The position numbers and the translations under genes were made by a program. Shown in pieces: positions 1 through 14,684 of a DNA stretch of 64,000 nt. The stretch lies in the NCBI RefSeq assembly GCF_009914755.1, contig NC_060926.1; one strand, written 5' to 3'. How positions within the stretch are numbered: the first letter of the stretch is position 1; every line of letters starts with the position of its first letter. Below the pieces are notes generated by a model that worked only from the letters and a program-made list of their open reading frames with translations, ran no database searches and had not been told where the DNA came from. The stretch is from the human T2T-CHM13v2.0 reference genome, Homo sapiens.

Positions 1-74
1 TCCTGTTCATTCTCCCCATTAGTTTCTGCCCTTCTACTTTTAAATATAAATAAAAAGATCTGCACAAAGCTCTT

Positions 75-450
75 GTATCTGTCTGCACAGACGCAGGCTG
101 ACACGACAAAATACCGGGGACCAGGTGCTTAAACAATAGGTATTTATTTCTCACAGTTCTGGAGGCTGGAAAGTCCAAGATCTAGATGCCTACAGATTCA
201 ATTCCTCAGTGAGGGGGTTCTTCCTAAGTTGTAGGTGCTGTGTCCTCACAAGGTGAAAAGGGAGAAAGAGAAAGTAAACTCTCTAGGGCCTCTTCTTATA
301 AAGTCACTAATCTCATTATGAGGATGAGCCCCCCCTCATGGCTTCATCTAAATCTAATTGTCTCCCCAAATCTTCATCTCCAAATACCATCATGTTGGGG
401 TTAGGGCTTCAACATATAAATTTGGATGGGACACAATTCAGTCCATAGCA
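75..450 (-). mobile_element. MaLR solo LTR, MLT1A/B/C-like
   Basis: Contains ttatttctcacagttctggaggctggaaagtccaagat and ends gggttagggcttcaacatataaatttgg...acacaattcagtccatagca, the reverse complement of the MLT1 5' end. Confidence 0.8.
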
Positions 451-808
451 GTCCTCGTTCTCAATCAAATAACGCATCCTTTATAGTAAAAATTCCTAGT
501 CAAGGCTTCCAGTGGTACAGTGCTGACTGCGTGCCAAGGATCTTTGCAAGGCTGTTTTGCATATGCCTCTTTAAAACTCATAACAACTGTTTAAGGCAGT
601 TACTGTGATCATTCTCATTTTTCAAAGGAGGAAATTGAAGAAGAGAGAGGCTTAACAACTCCTTTTGGGTTATAAAACTAGTAAGGTCTAAGGCCAAGTT
701 TCAAACTCAACCCAATTATCTCCCAAACATGCTAATCTATAAAGCCACCAACTTAAAGAAGAAATCTTTTTTTTACATATTGCTCTTCTTCCTAACCTTC
801 ACCACCAT

Positions 809-1469
809 TGTATAGTGCACCCTTGACATAAGTAACTCCATCTTAAGAAAAGACTCCATCTTAAGAAAAGACTCCATCTTACATTAATAAGGCACTTTGA
901 CAACAGGGACCAGATATTTTGGTTAATAAATAAAGACAGCATCCAACCAGATAAGGACATAACCAAGCACACTCTTCCACTATCAGTCCTCACTAGACAA
1001 CTCTGTGGCTATAAAAAGAACAGACTGACATAGTCTTGCCGTTACTTGTGATAAGCACCAGGATCTGCTGCTGAGAGCTCTGCCCACATCAAAGATTCTT
1101 CCTTGCAAGACCAATGGACTACCTGGCCCAGACCAGAAGATTCTTTTTGTCTACTTCGCTCTCCCTGGACTGGTTCCTTTTCCCATTCCCTTATGGACTG
1201 TTTAATCCATAACGTTTGTTTGTATGTTGATTAAGTGTACTATTATGTATGGTTTGCAATATCAACTGACTTATGAAATGGCTTGAGCCTGTGTGCCATA
1301 GGCTCTGACTACTGAGTGAACAGGAATTACTAAGGAGAATTGCCTCTTTGGAAACTCCATGTAGCTCCCGGCTTTTGTGATTGAAATAGCATTGATAAAA
1401 GCCTAACACTGTGGAAAGACACAAATGTGCATGAACCTGGTTATTTCTGACCTTGCATCACTCATGAGA
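809..1469 (+). mobile_element. Probable ERV solo LTR, subfamily uncertain
   Basis: Starts TG, has repeated actccatctt motifs, a TATA-like ctataaaa and a polyA-like gataaaa near the 3' end; LTR-like length; no clear TSD. Confidence 0.5.
835..881. repeat. 18-bp tandem repeat (actccatcttaagaaaag) x2.6
   Basis: Read directly; also visible as RWSLFL repeats in the ORF track. Confidence 0.9.
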
Positions 1470-1814
1470 ATTACTGTGTTAAAATTTCAAAATTTGATGG
1501 TTTCTAACTCCATAGATCTATTTTAAAAATACAGTATTCTTTGTGCAGTTACTCTTTGCTTTCTTTTCTGCTGACCACTGTACTTTCTTTGCTGGCATTG
1601 TTAACATTTTCACTCTCTTTTATTTTTTCTTTCCTTCACATTCCTTTTCTCCTTCCCTCTTTTGTCTTTCCTTTCTCCTGTTTTTATAGCATCTTCAAAT
1701 GACTGAGTCCCCAAGCATGAAACCTGAAATCTGCTCTATACATTTTCTTGTTTCAAGTTTTTTTTTTTGACATTTTATTTATTTATTTTTTAAGGTTAAG
1801 TTACTTAATTTCTT

Positions 1815-2143
<329 letters not shown>

Positions 2144-4076
2144 AATTACTTAATTTCTTCACCTGCCCTAAAACCTAATCACTCTTACCTCAAAGTCAGT
2201 GAGAAACTATGAAGCATGGATTTATATTTAATAACAACAGTGGAGACTCAGCTACCTAGGCCTTTTGAACTTGGAGATACCACTATTTTAGTGGGCTTCA
2301 GGTTTTTATGATTAAAATGAGGAAATAATATATTCCCAAATTACTTTACCAGGTTGTTAAGAATATCAAATAATGCTATACACAAAGAGAGAATTCTTTG
2401 TAAATATTAAAGTGTTTTATAAGTAAAGATGATAACTGGCATGCCTAAAATGAAATTCATTATCTTAATTTGCTATAATTTATCTCATATCTTTTCTTTC
2501 TCTTTCCCCAAACCATATCTTGCCACCACTGATAATGTTGCTTGTATTTATTCAGGTATCCATTGTTCAATTATTCAATCAATAAACATATATTTATTCA
2601 ACTCCTACTATATCTACCTCTCCTAAGAATGCAATACCCAGGGTGTACCCTGCCATGGACCTTTAAATAACTAACAATATAGAGGAAGTGGCAGACAAAT
2701 ACACATAAGATTGTAAGAGACAGCAACAGAAATTCCACTGTTAAAAATGTTCAAGGTTATCATCTTAGGTCACCTATAACTTCTAACTTTATATTCACTT
2801 CCCTCTCCAAACGATAATCTTCTTGTTTTAAGGAAATTGAGATAGTTCCTCACATAGAGGCAGACAATCCCATTTTAGAAGAGGTTCTAAATTGCAATGT
2901 TCAGATATTCATTTATTTTGGGTGACTTTGAAATTATGAAAAAGGCTCTTAAGGTCAAATGTAACAAGAATTTATGACTTTGTGCCATATTGATGGCATA
3001 GCAAGATACCAAGAGCTTGGTGATAGTGACTGAGAAAACAGTTATCAAAATCCTAGCAGGATCTTCCAATGCAATGATAAATGCAAGAATACCTCCAACA
3101 GGAACATATAAAGAAGTTCATGATCATTTTGGCCTATATCAAGTCAATTGCATATATGCCAGTGTGGCTACTTTATCTGTAGCCGCAATTTCCATTTCAG
3201 TATCCATTCTAACGTCTAAATATGAAGATTGTTAATTTTTCGAAGAAATCAATGTAAATTTTATACAGAAAAGAGTCTCAGCTATGCAAAGCTTTCTTAT
3301 TTTTAAAAAAGTAAAGTACTATTTTGGATAGGATCAGTATTTTGACAAAATCTAACACATTTTATGTCTGCCACTTAAAATAGTTTAATTACTAAAATTA
3401 GAAATCACACATCAACTTACTACTAGAACAAGGCTTCTGCATTCACATATTTTTTGAAATACTATTACTCATAATTTGGGAAGTAAATCTTTGTTTGAAA
3501 TGTTTCAACATAGGCCCTTAATGATTTCACTATATTTTTAATGCAAATTTCATTGTTACATGGCAATACGTGATTAGGCTTTTGATCATACTACCTTGCT
3601 AACTTCTATATTCATATTAAATCCTGTATGAAAGTCACTTGAAAAGAAGTGTTGAATCATGTCTACAACAGTATCAGGAGCCTTAGGGAAAACCACAGAC
3701 TCAGTTCAATGAAGCAGTCAACATGGTTTTCAACACAATATTGGCTCCCAATAAGCGTTTAATATCTGGTAAAATGATCTAGTTGGTTTTAAAAATAGGA
3801 GAAGTAAGTGGGTACCTCCTGATGTGATTTGGCATGTACTTTTAGGAGAGAAATTTTAAATGTGGCTCATTTGAAAGAGACAAAGTGAAGATCAAACAAG
3901 TCAGTAGATCGAAATTTTACACTATGTCTTCCCGGCTACAGATTTGAAATCTCACAGCTAAATTCTTCATAAAATTTGAACATCTTTTCATGTCACTAAC
4001 ACAAATTCCTGTATCTGGTTTAAATACAGGAGAAGAGTATAAAAGAAAACAACGTTTTATAGAACTGTTTAGAAAA

Positions 4077-4438
4077 TGATATGGTTTGGTTCTGTGTCCC
4101 CACCCAAATCTCATCTCAAATTGTAATCCCTACATGTTAAAGGAGGGACCTGGTGGGAGATGATTAGATCATGGGGTTAGCTTCTCCCATGCTGTTCTCG
4201 TGATAGTAAGTGAGTTCTCATGAGATCTGATGGTTTAAAAGTGTGACACTTCCTCTCTCTCTCTTTCCTGCTGCCATGTATGACATCCCTTGCTTCCCCT
4301 TCACCTTCCACCATGATTGTAAGTTTCCTGAGGCCTCTTCAGTCAGGCAGAACTCTGAGTCAATTAAACCTCTTTTATGAAATAAATTACCCAGTCTCAG
4401 GTAGTATCTTTATAGAAGTGTGGAAATGGACTAATACA
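4077..4438 (+). mobile_element. THE1D/MSTA-type MaLR solo LTR
   Basis: tgatatggtttggttctgtgtccccacccaaatctcatc...ggactaataca; 5-bp TSD GAAAA on both sides. Confidence 0.92.
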
Positions 4439-5269
4439 GAAAATTAGCAGGAAGAAGCAAGAAGGCCCTTCCTATGTAAGATTTAAACAAATGAGTTTTA
4501 AAAATTCAGAACCTCCAGGACCAATGAATAAGTGCTTATTTCTCAGCTATGGAAAAATCTGTCGCAATCGCATATGTTTACATATACATGCAGTTGAATT
4601 TCTTGTCCTTCTAAGGTAAATGGCATGCCCAGTACTATAACACACAGCCCATGAGAACAGGCAATCCTCAGTATCCACTGACGTCTTTGCCTTCCTATGT
4701 CTTCCTGGTTTTCATCCAACCTTCATCTACTCTTCGGTTTTTCCACCTCCTTTTTTCTCTGTGTGTCATTTAAATACAGATAGTATATATCTCTGAGTTC
4801 TGCTCTAAATTCTTCCATTTGTTCTCTAGACACAGATCTTTTCCATTGTTGATCTTATTTAGTATCACGGACGCATATGCCATTGCTAATGATCCTCAAA
4901 TGTGTAAATCCAGCTGAGGTCTTTGCCTTGAGCCTTCTACCTAAAAGTTTCCTGACTCCTCACTCAATTCATACCTTAAACTATGTTCATCCTTCCCAAA
5001 ACTTATTCTGTTTTCTTATGATTCTGATTATAAAGGAATAGCTTCACCATTCAGTGTCCAACACAGAAATCTGTGCATTATATTTGGATGTTCCCTTTCC
5101 ATATCCAATCAATGCAAGCAATCACCCCACAATGTCTGAACTACTTTCAACTTTCCAGAGTCAGTCCCCTCTCCTTACAGCTGATTTTAGGTAAATGTGA
5201 TTCCTTTTAGGGATTACTGCCATATTCTTCTAAAAGTAATACCTTCCTTAAGTCCTTGTGGCTTTGTGA

Positions 5270-5470
5270 CTTATGCAAACTCCCTTAACCCCAGAACAAA
5301 ATATCCAAGTACTAATCCTCAGAACCTGAGAATGTGTTATTTTATACGGGAAAAGGTAGTTTGTAGATATGATTAAGATTAAACAATTTAACTTGGGGAG
5401 ATTAACCTGGATTATCCAGGTGAGCCCAATCATATCACATAAATTTTTGAAACTGAGACTCTTTGCCAGA
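5270..5470 (+). mobile_element. MLT1D/E-like LTR fragment
   Basis: ctaatcctcagaacctgagaatgtg...ggagattaacctggattatccaggtgagcccaat. Confidence 0.65.
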
Positions 5471-6286
5471 ACTGTTCTATCATAAGTAAAAGACATGATT
5501 ATTAACACTCAGAGTTGGGGAAGAGGTCAGGGAGAGATTGGGCGTCCTGTCTCTTAAGAGGATTTGACCCAATTATTTTTTAGCCACACCTTCCTTCCCA
5601 TTTCCAGAGTCATCTGATCATCTGGGGACTCTTTAGAGCCTTTCCCTCCTGCTTATTTAGGATTACCTTTCCCTATCTGTTATTTCACTGGCCTTTGCTT
5701 TCAGGTATTCAAATAATTCATTCTATCTCCTACCCCATCTTTTTATACTTGTAAGTGTATGCCTTTTATTGTTAATGTATCTTTAGTGTCATTTTAGGAG
5801 GTTTGAAGAGGGAGTTTGGCTAAATGTGTATCTCCAATCCACAGTCTTTAAACAAAAACCCACCCTCTTTAATTTTCTTTCTCATCTAAGCCATTTAAGA
5901 TCAGTCTGCTCACTTGCTTCTTTCTACACTGGCACACCTGAATGATGCTCTCTTAATGTAAGACTTAGTGGAATCAGGGCAAATTTTATAGAACCAATGC
6001 AATTTTGAGATACAATAACTTTGATACATATTGAAGATTTATATAAAATGCAATATCAAAAATAGTACCTTTTTGGAAACCAACAAAAAGAATCCCAAAC
6101 CTGTATTTCCCTAGAGAGGTTGGAAATCCAAGAGACACTAACAGAACATAAATTTTTATATTAAAATAAAGGAAACACCTCTACTTTTTTTTGCTTTGTA
6201 ACAAGCACATAGATTTTCAGTTTTAAGCAGGAAATTTAAGGTCAGATGTCAAAGACCAATTTCTAATAACTGTCAAGTTTATCCTC

Positions 6287-6428
6287 TCCTTAGCTCCATA
6301 TTTTATACTCAGTATATATATATTTATAAATATGCATATAAATATTTAATAATATATACATATAAATATATATTTCCTTAGCTCCATATTTATACTCAGT
6401 ATATATATTTATATATAATATATATAAG

Positions 6429-6467
<39 letters not shown>
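6287..6467. repeat. Local ~88-bp-period duplication in TA-rich sequence, followed by a (CA)n microsatellite
   Basis: tccttagctccatattt(t)atactcagtatatata at 6287 and 6375; (CA)n at ~6434-6467. Confidence 0.9.
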
Positions 6468-6469
<2 letters not shown>

Positions 6470-8686
6470 TTAATCTTCCCTAATTTTTTGGAGAGGAGCC
6501 AGACTTAAAATGCAAGTTTTCAAGGGACTTGAATAGAATCTTGTCTAAAATGCAAAATAGCATTTTTTTTTAACATCTATGGTATGCTTTAATATTTTTC
6601 CTTATATACTCATGGTTTTGCTGGCTTCTTGGAAAGGGGTGGAGACAACCAACTTAAAAAACAAAGGGAAAAGGAGAGAAAGAGAGAGAGGAAGTGTAGA
6701 TATAAACATCACCAATAATGATCATTTTATTGAAATGTAAACCAAGTCTTCTTAAATCCTTTCCAGATTGAGTCTTAGTTCTGTCTATAATTTTTTAAGA
6801 TCAGTTCAAATTTTATTCAAGTAAGACATTTGTCTTTATTTTGGCCCCAGTCATGGGTGTTATGAAGTCACCATTAATCTGTTTCAAGAATTCTTTTAAG
6901 AAAAGATATTTTATTTTAAAATAGAAGTGTGTTTCATAGAAGCCTTCAATCATAAATTATAAATTTTACAGAAAACAGAATCTGCAGTGAGACCAATACT
7001 AAACTGCTCTTAAGGTCACTCTTCCACTTGAGCCAACAGTCTTTGGAATCAAACATGATATTGTTTGTGATAGGAAACATGACACTTCCTAAGGAAAATT
7101 TCTGATGACCAACCTAATGATTTGCATGCAAGTGATAGTCAATAACTTGACAAAATAAGTATATAGATGGAATGCAGAGAAGAGATACAGAAAGCATAGT
7201 AGCAAAGCTTTGATTTTACTTGTAAAGGGTAAAATTAAAGCATTATAAATGTCCTTCCCTCAACAGTAACCAAATATGCTGAACAATAGCTTCCAACTTT
7301 GGCGTATTACCAGACCTCCATGAAAAATAGTCTCTGAGCTCAATCTGAGAATAAAAAAAGAAAAATAAACAAGAATTGGAAACAATTGAAAAGTTATTTA
7401 TGAGCATTCACAGATGACATTTACTAGAATATGAGAGGAGTTAATAAAGTTTGGCCTTGTCTATGTATTACATAGAACTTCAATCTGGGATTTTTGCATA
7501 AATAAGAAAATAAAAGTTGAATATGATTAGTTGACAAGCTGATAATGAGAAAATGTTCTGACACATTTATAGCTTGTCCAAAACACATTGATCGAGGATG
7601 AACACATTTGGACATACTGTAATTTAGGGGTACAGCTATTGCATCACTATTCACTTTGGCCTCGGTTCAATGTAAGGCTATTACAAATTAAAGTTTGTCT
7701 CTGCTATCAAGGTGATGTGTTATCCTGAGCAGTAATGTGAGTCTCAAAAGTAGCTTACAGGTTGTCTTGAAGAGGTCTTTCCCTGACATTGCCAATGTGA
7801 GTCACAAGTCACAGAAGTTTAAAACTGGGCCTGTGATACAGAAAGGGAAAGCAGAAAGTGGTGGTGAAAACTTGACAGATTGCTGCTTTTAGAAATCAGC
7901 AGAGATTGGATTAGACCTGAAATCCTGGTACAAAGAACAGGATTTTAAGATCAGAAGAAATTCTGGCCCAGTTCAAAACCATTGATGTGGGAGAAATTGT
8001 TGGAAGTTGTATAAATTTTGGGAGCATCATGGGAAGTTAGGGAATCTACATCAGAAAATAGAGCATGTCTAGCCAGAGAAGAGGGCCCAGATGAGAGGGA
8101 AGTTAGCAGCAATTAGAAAACATGAGTAAATATTGAAGAAACTGGGGCTAAATAAAGAGGTTTATGACAGGATTTACAAATGTCTGAAAAGCTGAATTGT
8201 AAGCAAAGAGCCAAAAACATAAAAACTAATATTCCCTGTTTTGAGAGTTTTTCTGGTTGGACCCAAAGGGCAGACCCAGGAGTAAAGCAAGATATTTATA
8301 GGGAGATATAATTTAGTTAAAACAAGAAAGGCCTTTCTAAGAATTTGGTTCTCTAAAATCGAGTGGTGTACATCAGGAGAAACTATATGAATAGTTTACA
8401 GTCTCAGGGAGAGTGGTAAAGCAGATCTAGATCATGTGGGTTGGGGAGAAGGGCGAGGGACAGTCAAGCATCAGAGCACGTTGAATTTCGTGACTTCTAA
8501 GGTCTTTCCAATCCTTTGAGTTAGCAAATGACCTGGCTTGATCCGAATCCAAACATGAGGCCATGCCTACCTCATGTGTCACTATTCTGTGAACCATTGT
8601 TTTCTCTAGATACTTTGGCAATGTAGATTAAATACAGCTTTCATTTGATTCACATATTTACCTAAAATATGTATATATAATGCTAT

Positions 8687-9640
8687 TGATAGTGACAGGA
8701 GGCAGCCAAATGCATAGGCAGATAGGGGTGGGTACCTAGTAAAACCCCACCTCTAGTCCAAAGATGTTTTAAAGCCTGAAAGCCAAGCCAAAACTTAAAT
8801 ACTCAGAACAGATTAAGAATTTGTCTTCCTGTTTGGCATGCTTTCCTCTGATTGATCTCCCCTCTTCACCTATTTTACATATACCTACCCTTTCCTAATT
8901 GGTTTTCTATACTGTCATTCCCACCTTTGAGTGGTGTCTTTGCTTTAAATTTTTGTGCACACTCACAAACCGTCAGCATGCTCTACCCGTCCTGTCCTAT
9001 AAAGACCACAGGCTCAGTCAGTAGAGGAGAATATGGCCTAACTTCAGGAAAGGAGATGGCTTGACTTCAGGGAAGGAACAATCTGACTCTGGGGAAGACA
9101 ACCTGCACTTCCCATCCTCTCTCCACCAACCCTCTACACTGAGAGCCATTTTTACTGCTCAAGAAAATTCTCCACCTTCACCATCCTTCAACCATCCATG
9201 TGACCTCATTCTTCTTAGATGCTGGACAAGAGCTCAAGACCCACTGAGTGTGGGTACCCAGAAAGGCTGTCACACTGGCCCTTTGCTATCACTGGTAGAG
9301 GGCAGCTACCTCTCATGATGAGGCAAGGGGCCAAATGAGCTGCTAACACACCGCCGTCCAAGGACAGTAGAACTAAAGGAGCACTGTAACACCCCCTCTG
9401 GGACTTTGGAGTCACAGGTACCCTCACCTGGACACCACCACGTTCCCCTCAAGGCGACATGCCTGGTCTGACCACAGGCCCTGCATGGAGCTTGCTCCTG
9501 TGTCAGTGCCTGGAGCAGCCAGCTGGGTCCCGCATTTGCTCTCTCACATGCTCCCTCCCATAAAGGAGCACAGCAGGCCAAGCAGAGAGGGGCACTCTTG
9601 CTCTGAGTCCAGTGAGGGGGCCAAGAAAAATTCTGCATCA
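8687..9640 (+). mobile_element. ERV1 solo LTR, LTR27/LTR28/LTR1 group
   Basis: TGATAGTGACAGGAGGCAGCCAAATG start, TATA cctataaa, end ...tctgcatCA; flanks ctat/ctct (4-bp TSD, 1 mismatch). Confidence 0.8.
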
Positions 9641-11474
9641 CTCTAACAATTCATAATTTGGACATCTTTTTTCTACAGGTAGAAATCTTTATAGAAATCT
9701 CAGCAGGAGATAGGTATAACCTAATTCATCAGCTATTTTTATCACATGATACAAGTGTCAAGTTAATAAAATGTAGAATTTGAATCTTATGGATGGCATA
9801 GGATTTCCATTTCATTAGAATGTTTCCATTTAAATTCCTAAATAATCCTTAAAATAGCTGGTTACTGGGTTTTGAATTGAGCCGTGGCTTGGACGTTGAG
9901 TTGCATTCCAGTATCATACAATTTCCCTTCCCTGTATCTCCTGCCTAATCCAGCATAGGAGGCTCTTATGAGGCTGGTAGGGAAGAAGAGATTTGGCTTA
10001 CTTAGGAAGCTACTAGTAGCATCCAATCTACATGGATTGCCTTCCTGTGCTTTAAACCACGGTAATCCACATGCCATCTGGCCTACACTTGTAAGGGAAT
10101 AGTATTCTTTTGCCATTCTAGGCTGTGCATGGCAAAAGTCTTAAATTGTGTTGATTCATTTCAGCCTCTGTTTCTACCTTTTTGATATTCCACTCCGGCC
10201 CTTATGTGATTGCTTACTTTTGACTTCCTTTACTGATTCAGGTTCTTCATCCTTTTAACTATGGATATTTTTCAGGGTCAGAATCTGCACTTGGTCTTGG
10301 GTACTCTTGCTCCTGGCTGCTCATCTACATTATCAACACCTGGTTTGAGTCACTATCCTATTTGACCAGTCCCTGGATCTACTTCTTGGTTTACATTAAA
10401 TACTCATCAGGATGGACATATAGTGGTCTCCTTCCAAATTATTATAAGTGAAGCTCAGAGATTCAGGTGTTTCTAAATGCTGAATAATAACAGATCATGT
10501 GTTTAACTTGGAATTCTTACAATAAGCTGATAGTTCTGGGTGCTTTATTTGAGTGTGATTTTCCTGGGTCCCCTTATCTACCAGATTAATATCTTACTCT
10601 ATAATATTTTGGAGACCTTCATCATGCTTTGACTGAATGTCAAAAGAATTTGACCAAGAACAATGATACGACCAGCTCTGGCATGAATGTGACCATTTAT
10701 CTAAGCCAAGCACACAAAGCAGGGTTAGTTTTTGAAACTGACTCACAGATTTAGGAGAAAATTTAAGTGGGTATCATTTTATCTGAAACTCTATCAGACA
10801 AATGCTTAAGCACAATATTTTCCTAGGAGAAATAATGTATTTTGAGAATACTGAGATAAGAATTTAATGAAAATTAAGGTAAAATAGAAAATCTTAATTT
10901 AAGTATTTATACAATTACAGGGAAATTTACATGAAAAAGGTCACTTAAAAATGAATATAAAGCAAATGTAAATACACTTCTCTGTTCATGCCATGTAGAG
11001 GATGAATTTGTTTCTGGACAGGTTTAGAGAGCTCTCTAACCTTCTGTCTTCTAAATTTCCAATTAAAATATGGGCACAGGGAGTAGAGGAATGTGTTTGT
11101 TTACAGTTGGCAAAAACTGATTTCCTGTTTCTAAGAAAAAAAAGCTTTTCAAAGCCTTTTTGGACTTCAAATAGCTCTTGCAAAACAATATTTTGATGAG
11201 CTAAGTGTAAATGAATCAGGAACATATGGATTGGATTTCCATTGAGATACACATGGGTTTAAACATAAGCTGAAGAGAATGCCTGGTAAGTTATACTTAG
11301 AATTGATAAAAACCAAAGTGTAGTATATTTTTCAGAACTTGTTTTGAGACACACCCACCTCCCAGCCCAAACACTGGGAGTTTATTTTCTTTTCTTAAGA
11401 AATCTTTTCTGAAAGGTGGATGTTACTTGTTCATTACTGAAAAAGAGTCAAGTTTTAAGGAGCAGCTTCCAAGC

Positions 11475-11548
11475 GATGTTATTACATGCATCTACCTATC
11501 AGAAGGAGTAGAAAGAAGATGTTATTACATGCATCTACCTATCCGAAG
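11475..11548. repeat. Direct repeat, 26 bp exact, 43-bp period
   Basis: gatgttattacatgcatctacctatc at 11475-11500 and 11518-11543. Confidence 0.92.
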
Positions 11549-12007
11549 AAACCCTCAGGGCCACCAACACAAATAAATTATCATTTTGATATTTTTTCTT
11601 GCCCTTTCTACTTTCTGTTCCACTTCCCTGTCCTCAAACAGAAGTATCTAAGCACGGGAGGATAGAGAATGAAATCTTGTAATTGCTAAAGCATGCATGC
11701 CCAGGTATAGCTTTCATTGCATTTATAAAGGTGGCTTTACAATAGTTCTAAAAATGTTTAAAGTGAATAATCTCAAAAATATGCCATCCTCCATCCTGGG
11801 TGATATTTAAAATTGCACTAGGGACCATCTTGATACAAGATGTTATAACACTAAATAATTTGGGATTAGAAATTCTTACACATAGAAGAGATGATTACAT
11901 GGTTAATGCTATTTATATAGCCTAATCCTTTAAGAGTCTCTGGGGTTTGTGAAACAATACAAGACATACCTCTCTTAGCCACTCAACAACAAACTTGCAC
12001 CAGATGT

Positions 12008-12372
12008 TGTTATGAATGTTGTTTGTGTCTCCTAGGATTCATATGTTGAGTCCTAATACCTGGGAATGTGACTGTATTTTACAGAGAGGGCCTTTAAAGC
12101 AATAATTTTCTTAAAATAAGGTCAATAGGGTGGGTTCTAATCCAAGATGACTGGTGTCCTTAGAAGAAGAGATTAAGACACAGACAAGCTCAGAGGTTAA
12201 GACCATGTGAAGACACAAGAAGAATGTGGCCATGCACAGGCCTCAGAATAAACCAACTCTGCCAATAACTTTGTTTTGGACTTGCAGATTCCAGAATTGT
12301 GAGAAAATATATTGTCATTGTGTAAGCCATCTGGTCTGATATTTTGTTATAGCAGCCCTAGCACATTAATAG
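12008..12372 (+). mobile_element. MLT1A/B solo LTR
   Basis: ttcatatgttgagtcctaa...gaatgtgactgtattt...ttttgttatagcagccctagca. Confidence 0.82.
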
Positions 12373-12999
12373 ATAAACCTATTTGCTCTTCACCATTTAC
12401 AAATAATTATGACTCTTAACTATAGGCCACTGTCTAGTTTTGTTCCCTATTACACCTGGAAGCTATCTTCCTAGAACCTAAACTTTTGACCATCAGGCTT
12501 AAAAGCCAGGGACTCTATAATCAGCAGCCTACAAGAAAATGCATACTTAAGCCAAGACAAGGTCCAGTTCTCCTGATCATAGTGTAATCTGTTCTTAGTA
12601 TTCCTCCGACAGATGCTGAATCCTATTCCTTTCCCTGATCAGATTCTGTTTTTTGCCCATTTCCCATATGCTCAGTTTATATTTTCAGTTTTATTCTTTT
12701 CTCCCAAAGTTAAGCCTATTTCCTCAACATGGCCTGATACCTGTATTCCATTCTCACAGTCAAGCAATGGACTCATGATTAGTCATATTTTTCTCATTAA
12801 TAAGAACACTGGTGACATTCTTGCCATGTGATGGCTTAACTGCTACACTTTGGAGGCACATCCTCCTCCTCTTCCTTCATCAACTTGGCCCACTCAGGCC
12901 TGCTGTCTTCTCTAAACTAATCTGAATTTCCTTACAGGATAATTGCTCCAGGCTCTGGCATCAGAGTGGCTATGTTCTTATTCTGACCCCCTTTCATAC

Positions 13000-13132
13000 G
13001 AACTAGGTGGGAAATTCCTTCATCTGAAAATAGGGATAATCATAGAATCTATTTCACAGGGTTGTAGGGGACTTGAATAGAATGGTGTATGAACAGAGCT
13101 TAGGATTTCTCAAAAGCTCAATAAATGTTAGA
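13000..13132 (+). mobile_element. MIR fragment
   Basis: ttccttcatctgaaaatagggataat...cacagggttgt...gctcaataaatgttag core. Confidence 0.7.
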
Positions 13133-14684
13133 TAACTTGTTAGGAATGATAATGGCTTCTCTAAAATGTGAATATGCATTGTTCATTGACAGCAATCCTA
13201 TGAAGGGGGAATTAGCTTTATCTATTTGAGATAAAAAAAAGACTGAGCAAAACCTGACTGAGTGCAAAAACAATGGTTTTCATGCATTTTCCAGCATGGT
13301 TCCACCTTGGAAGAGAAAGTCAAGGGAAATGAGCCAGATATAATGATTCACTGTAGCCTAAATACATCATGGCTTCATTGGGGGCCACTGGGGAGAACAA
13401 CTCACTTTGGAAAAGGGATTAATATGTTATAACCAAGACTATGGATAAGCTTTTAGACCTTTCTTTTTAAAAAAATAATTTTTTTTGTGCTTTGAGTTTC
13501 TGTTTTATAGACCTTTCTTAAGAAGATAGTTGGAGCAAATTCCTATAGTTAGAAACAAACTCATTATATGCTCCAAAGGCCTGAATCCAATGTTCTGACT
13601 AATGGATCTGAAATAAAACATTATTTATATCCATATTATACAATGAATGAATTGGCCAGGAAACTGAGGGTGTGTTGATGACTTTGAGTCTTAGTGAATA
13701 GGGTGATCTCATGACCACAGCATTCTGGAGAGGTGCATTAGTGCACTTTCATGTCATCTGTGGGAGCCTTGACATTGAGAAGCATGACAGTAAATTACAT
13801 CATTCAAGTCTTGAAGCAAACCAGTGGAGTTAGGTTCATTCTTCTTGCTCCCTCCTTATTGTATTTTGCTGACCACAGTATGTTCTCTGTTTGGAGTGGG
13901 GGTGGAGGCAAGAAGCCACAAATAGCATAAGCAGGAGTTGATGCTTCAAGGGGGTTATCATGATTGGAGCTGTGCCTTCATGCAATGTCTTGCACTGTTA
14001 TCTGTCATTTGTTTTGCAAAGTGTTAATACACAAAATCATTTGGAAACTCCATCAAAGACAGATGGCATTATGCCATATGAGGCCATGAGACTAAGAGAC
14101 TGTCTTCTCAAGGGCCAAGTGCAGGAAAATAGAAAGCTGATTTTAAAGATCTTCCTCCTCTATTTTCACCTTCTCGTCTAACTGATTTTAATTGTTCTCT
14201 AAAGTTATGAGTAACACAGTTTATAGCAATTTCCACACATTTCCCTAAGAAAAATGCTGCCATAAACACACATAATTAAAATATGTGAAGTATCAGGTTA
14301 TCAACATTATATTACTAAATAAGACTAACACAGTAATTACTCCCAAGAAGGCATGTATAGGTCTTTCTGTGTGGGTGTTCATATGTGCAACACTGAAGGG
14401 GAAGAAGGCTGTAGCAGGAAATGTATCCCTTAGGAAAGAGTAGGAATGTAATCAAGTGCATTTTGATTCCAAGGAAATGACTACATTGACTTCAACATTT
14501 TTCACATGAAGGTTGCAGGACCTTGTACTGACTATCAAGTTTCAGCTCAAAGTTACCAGGAAGAAAGGCTGTCCTCAGCTGTAGTAGCCTGGATCTCTAA
14601 ACTCTGATGCTCTTCTCTATTATTCATTTTAAATTTTGCATAATGCATACCATTATCTGCAAGTTGTTTGTGCTTTTTGGTATT

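Noticed and set aside
2887-3130. Hydrophobic minus-strand frame resembling a membrane-protein pseudogene
   Set aside because: Bounded by stops, no recognisable homologue, and no poly-A or TSD
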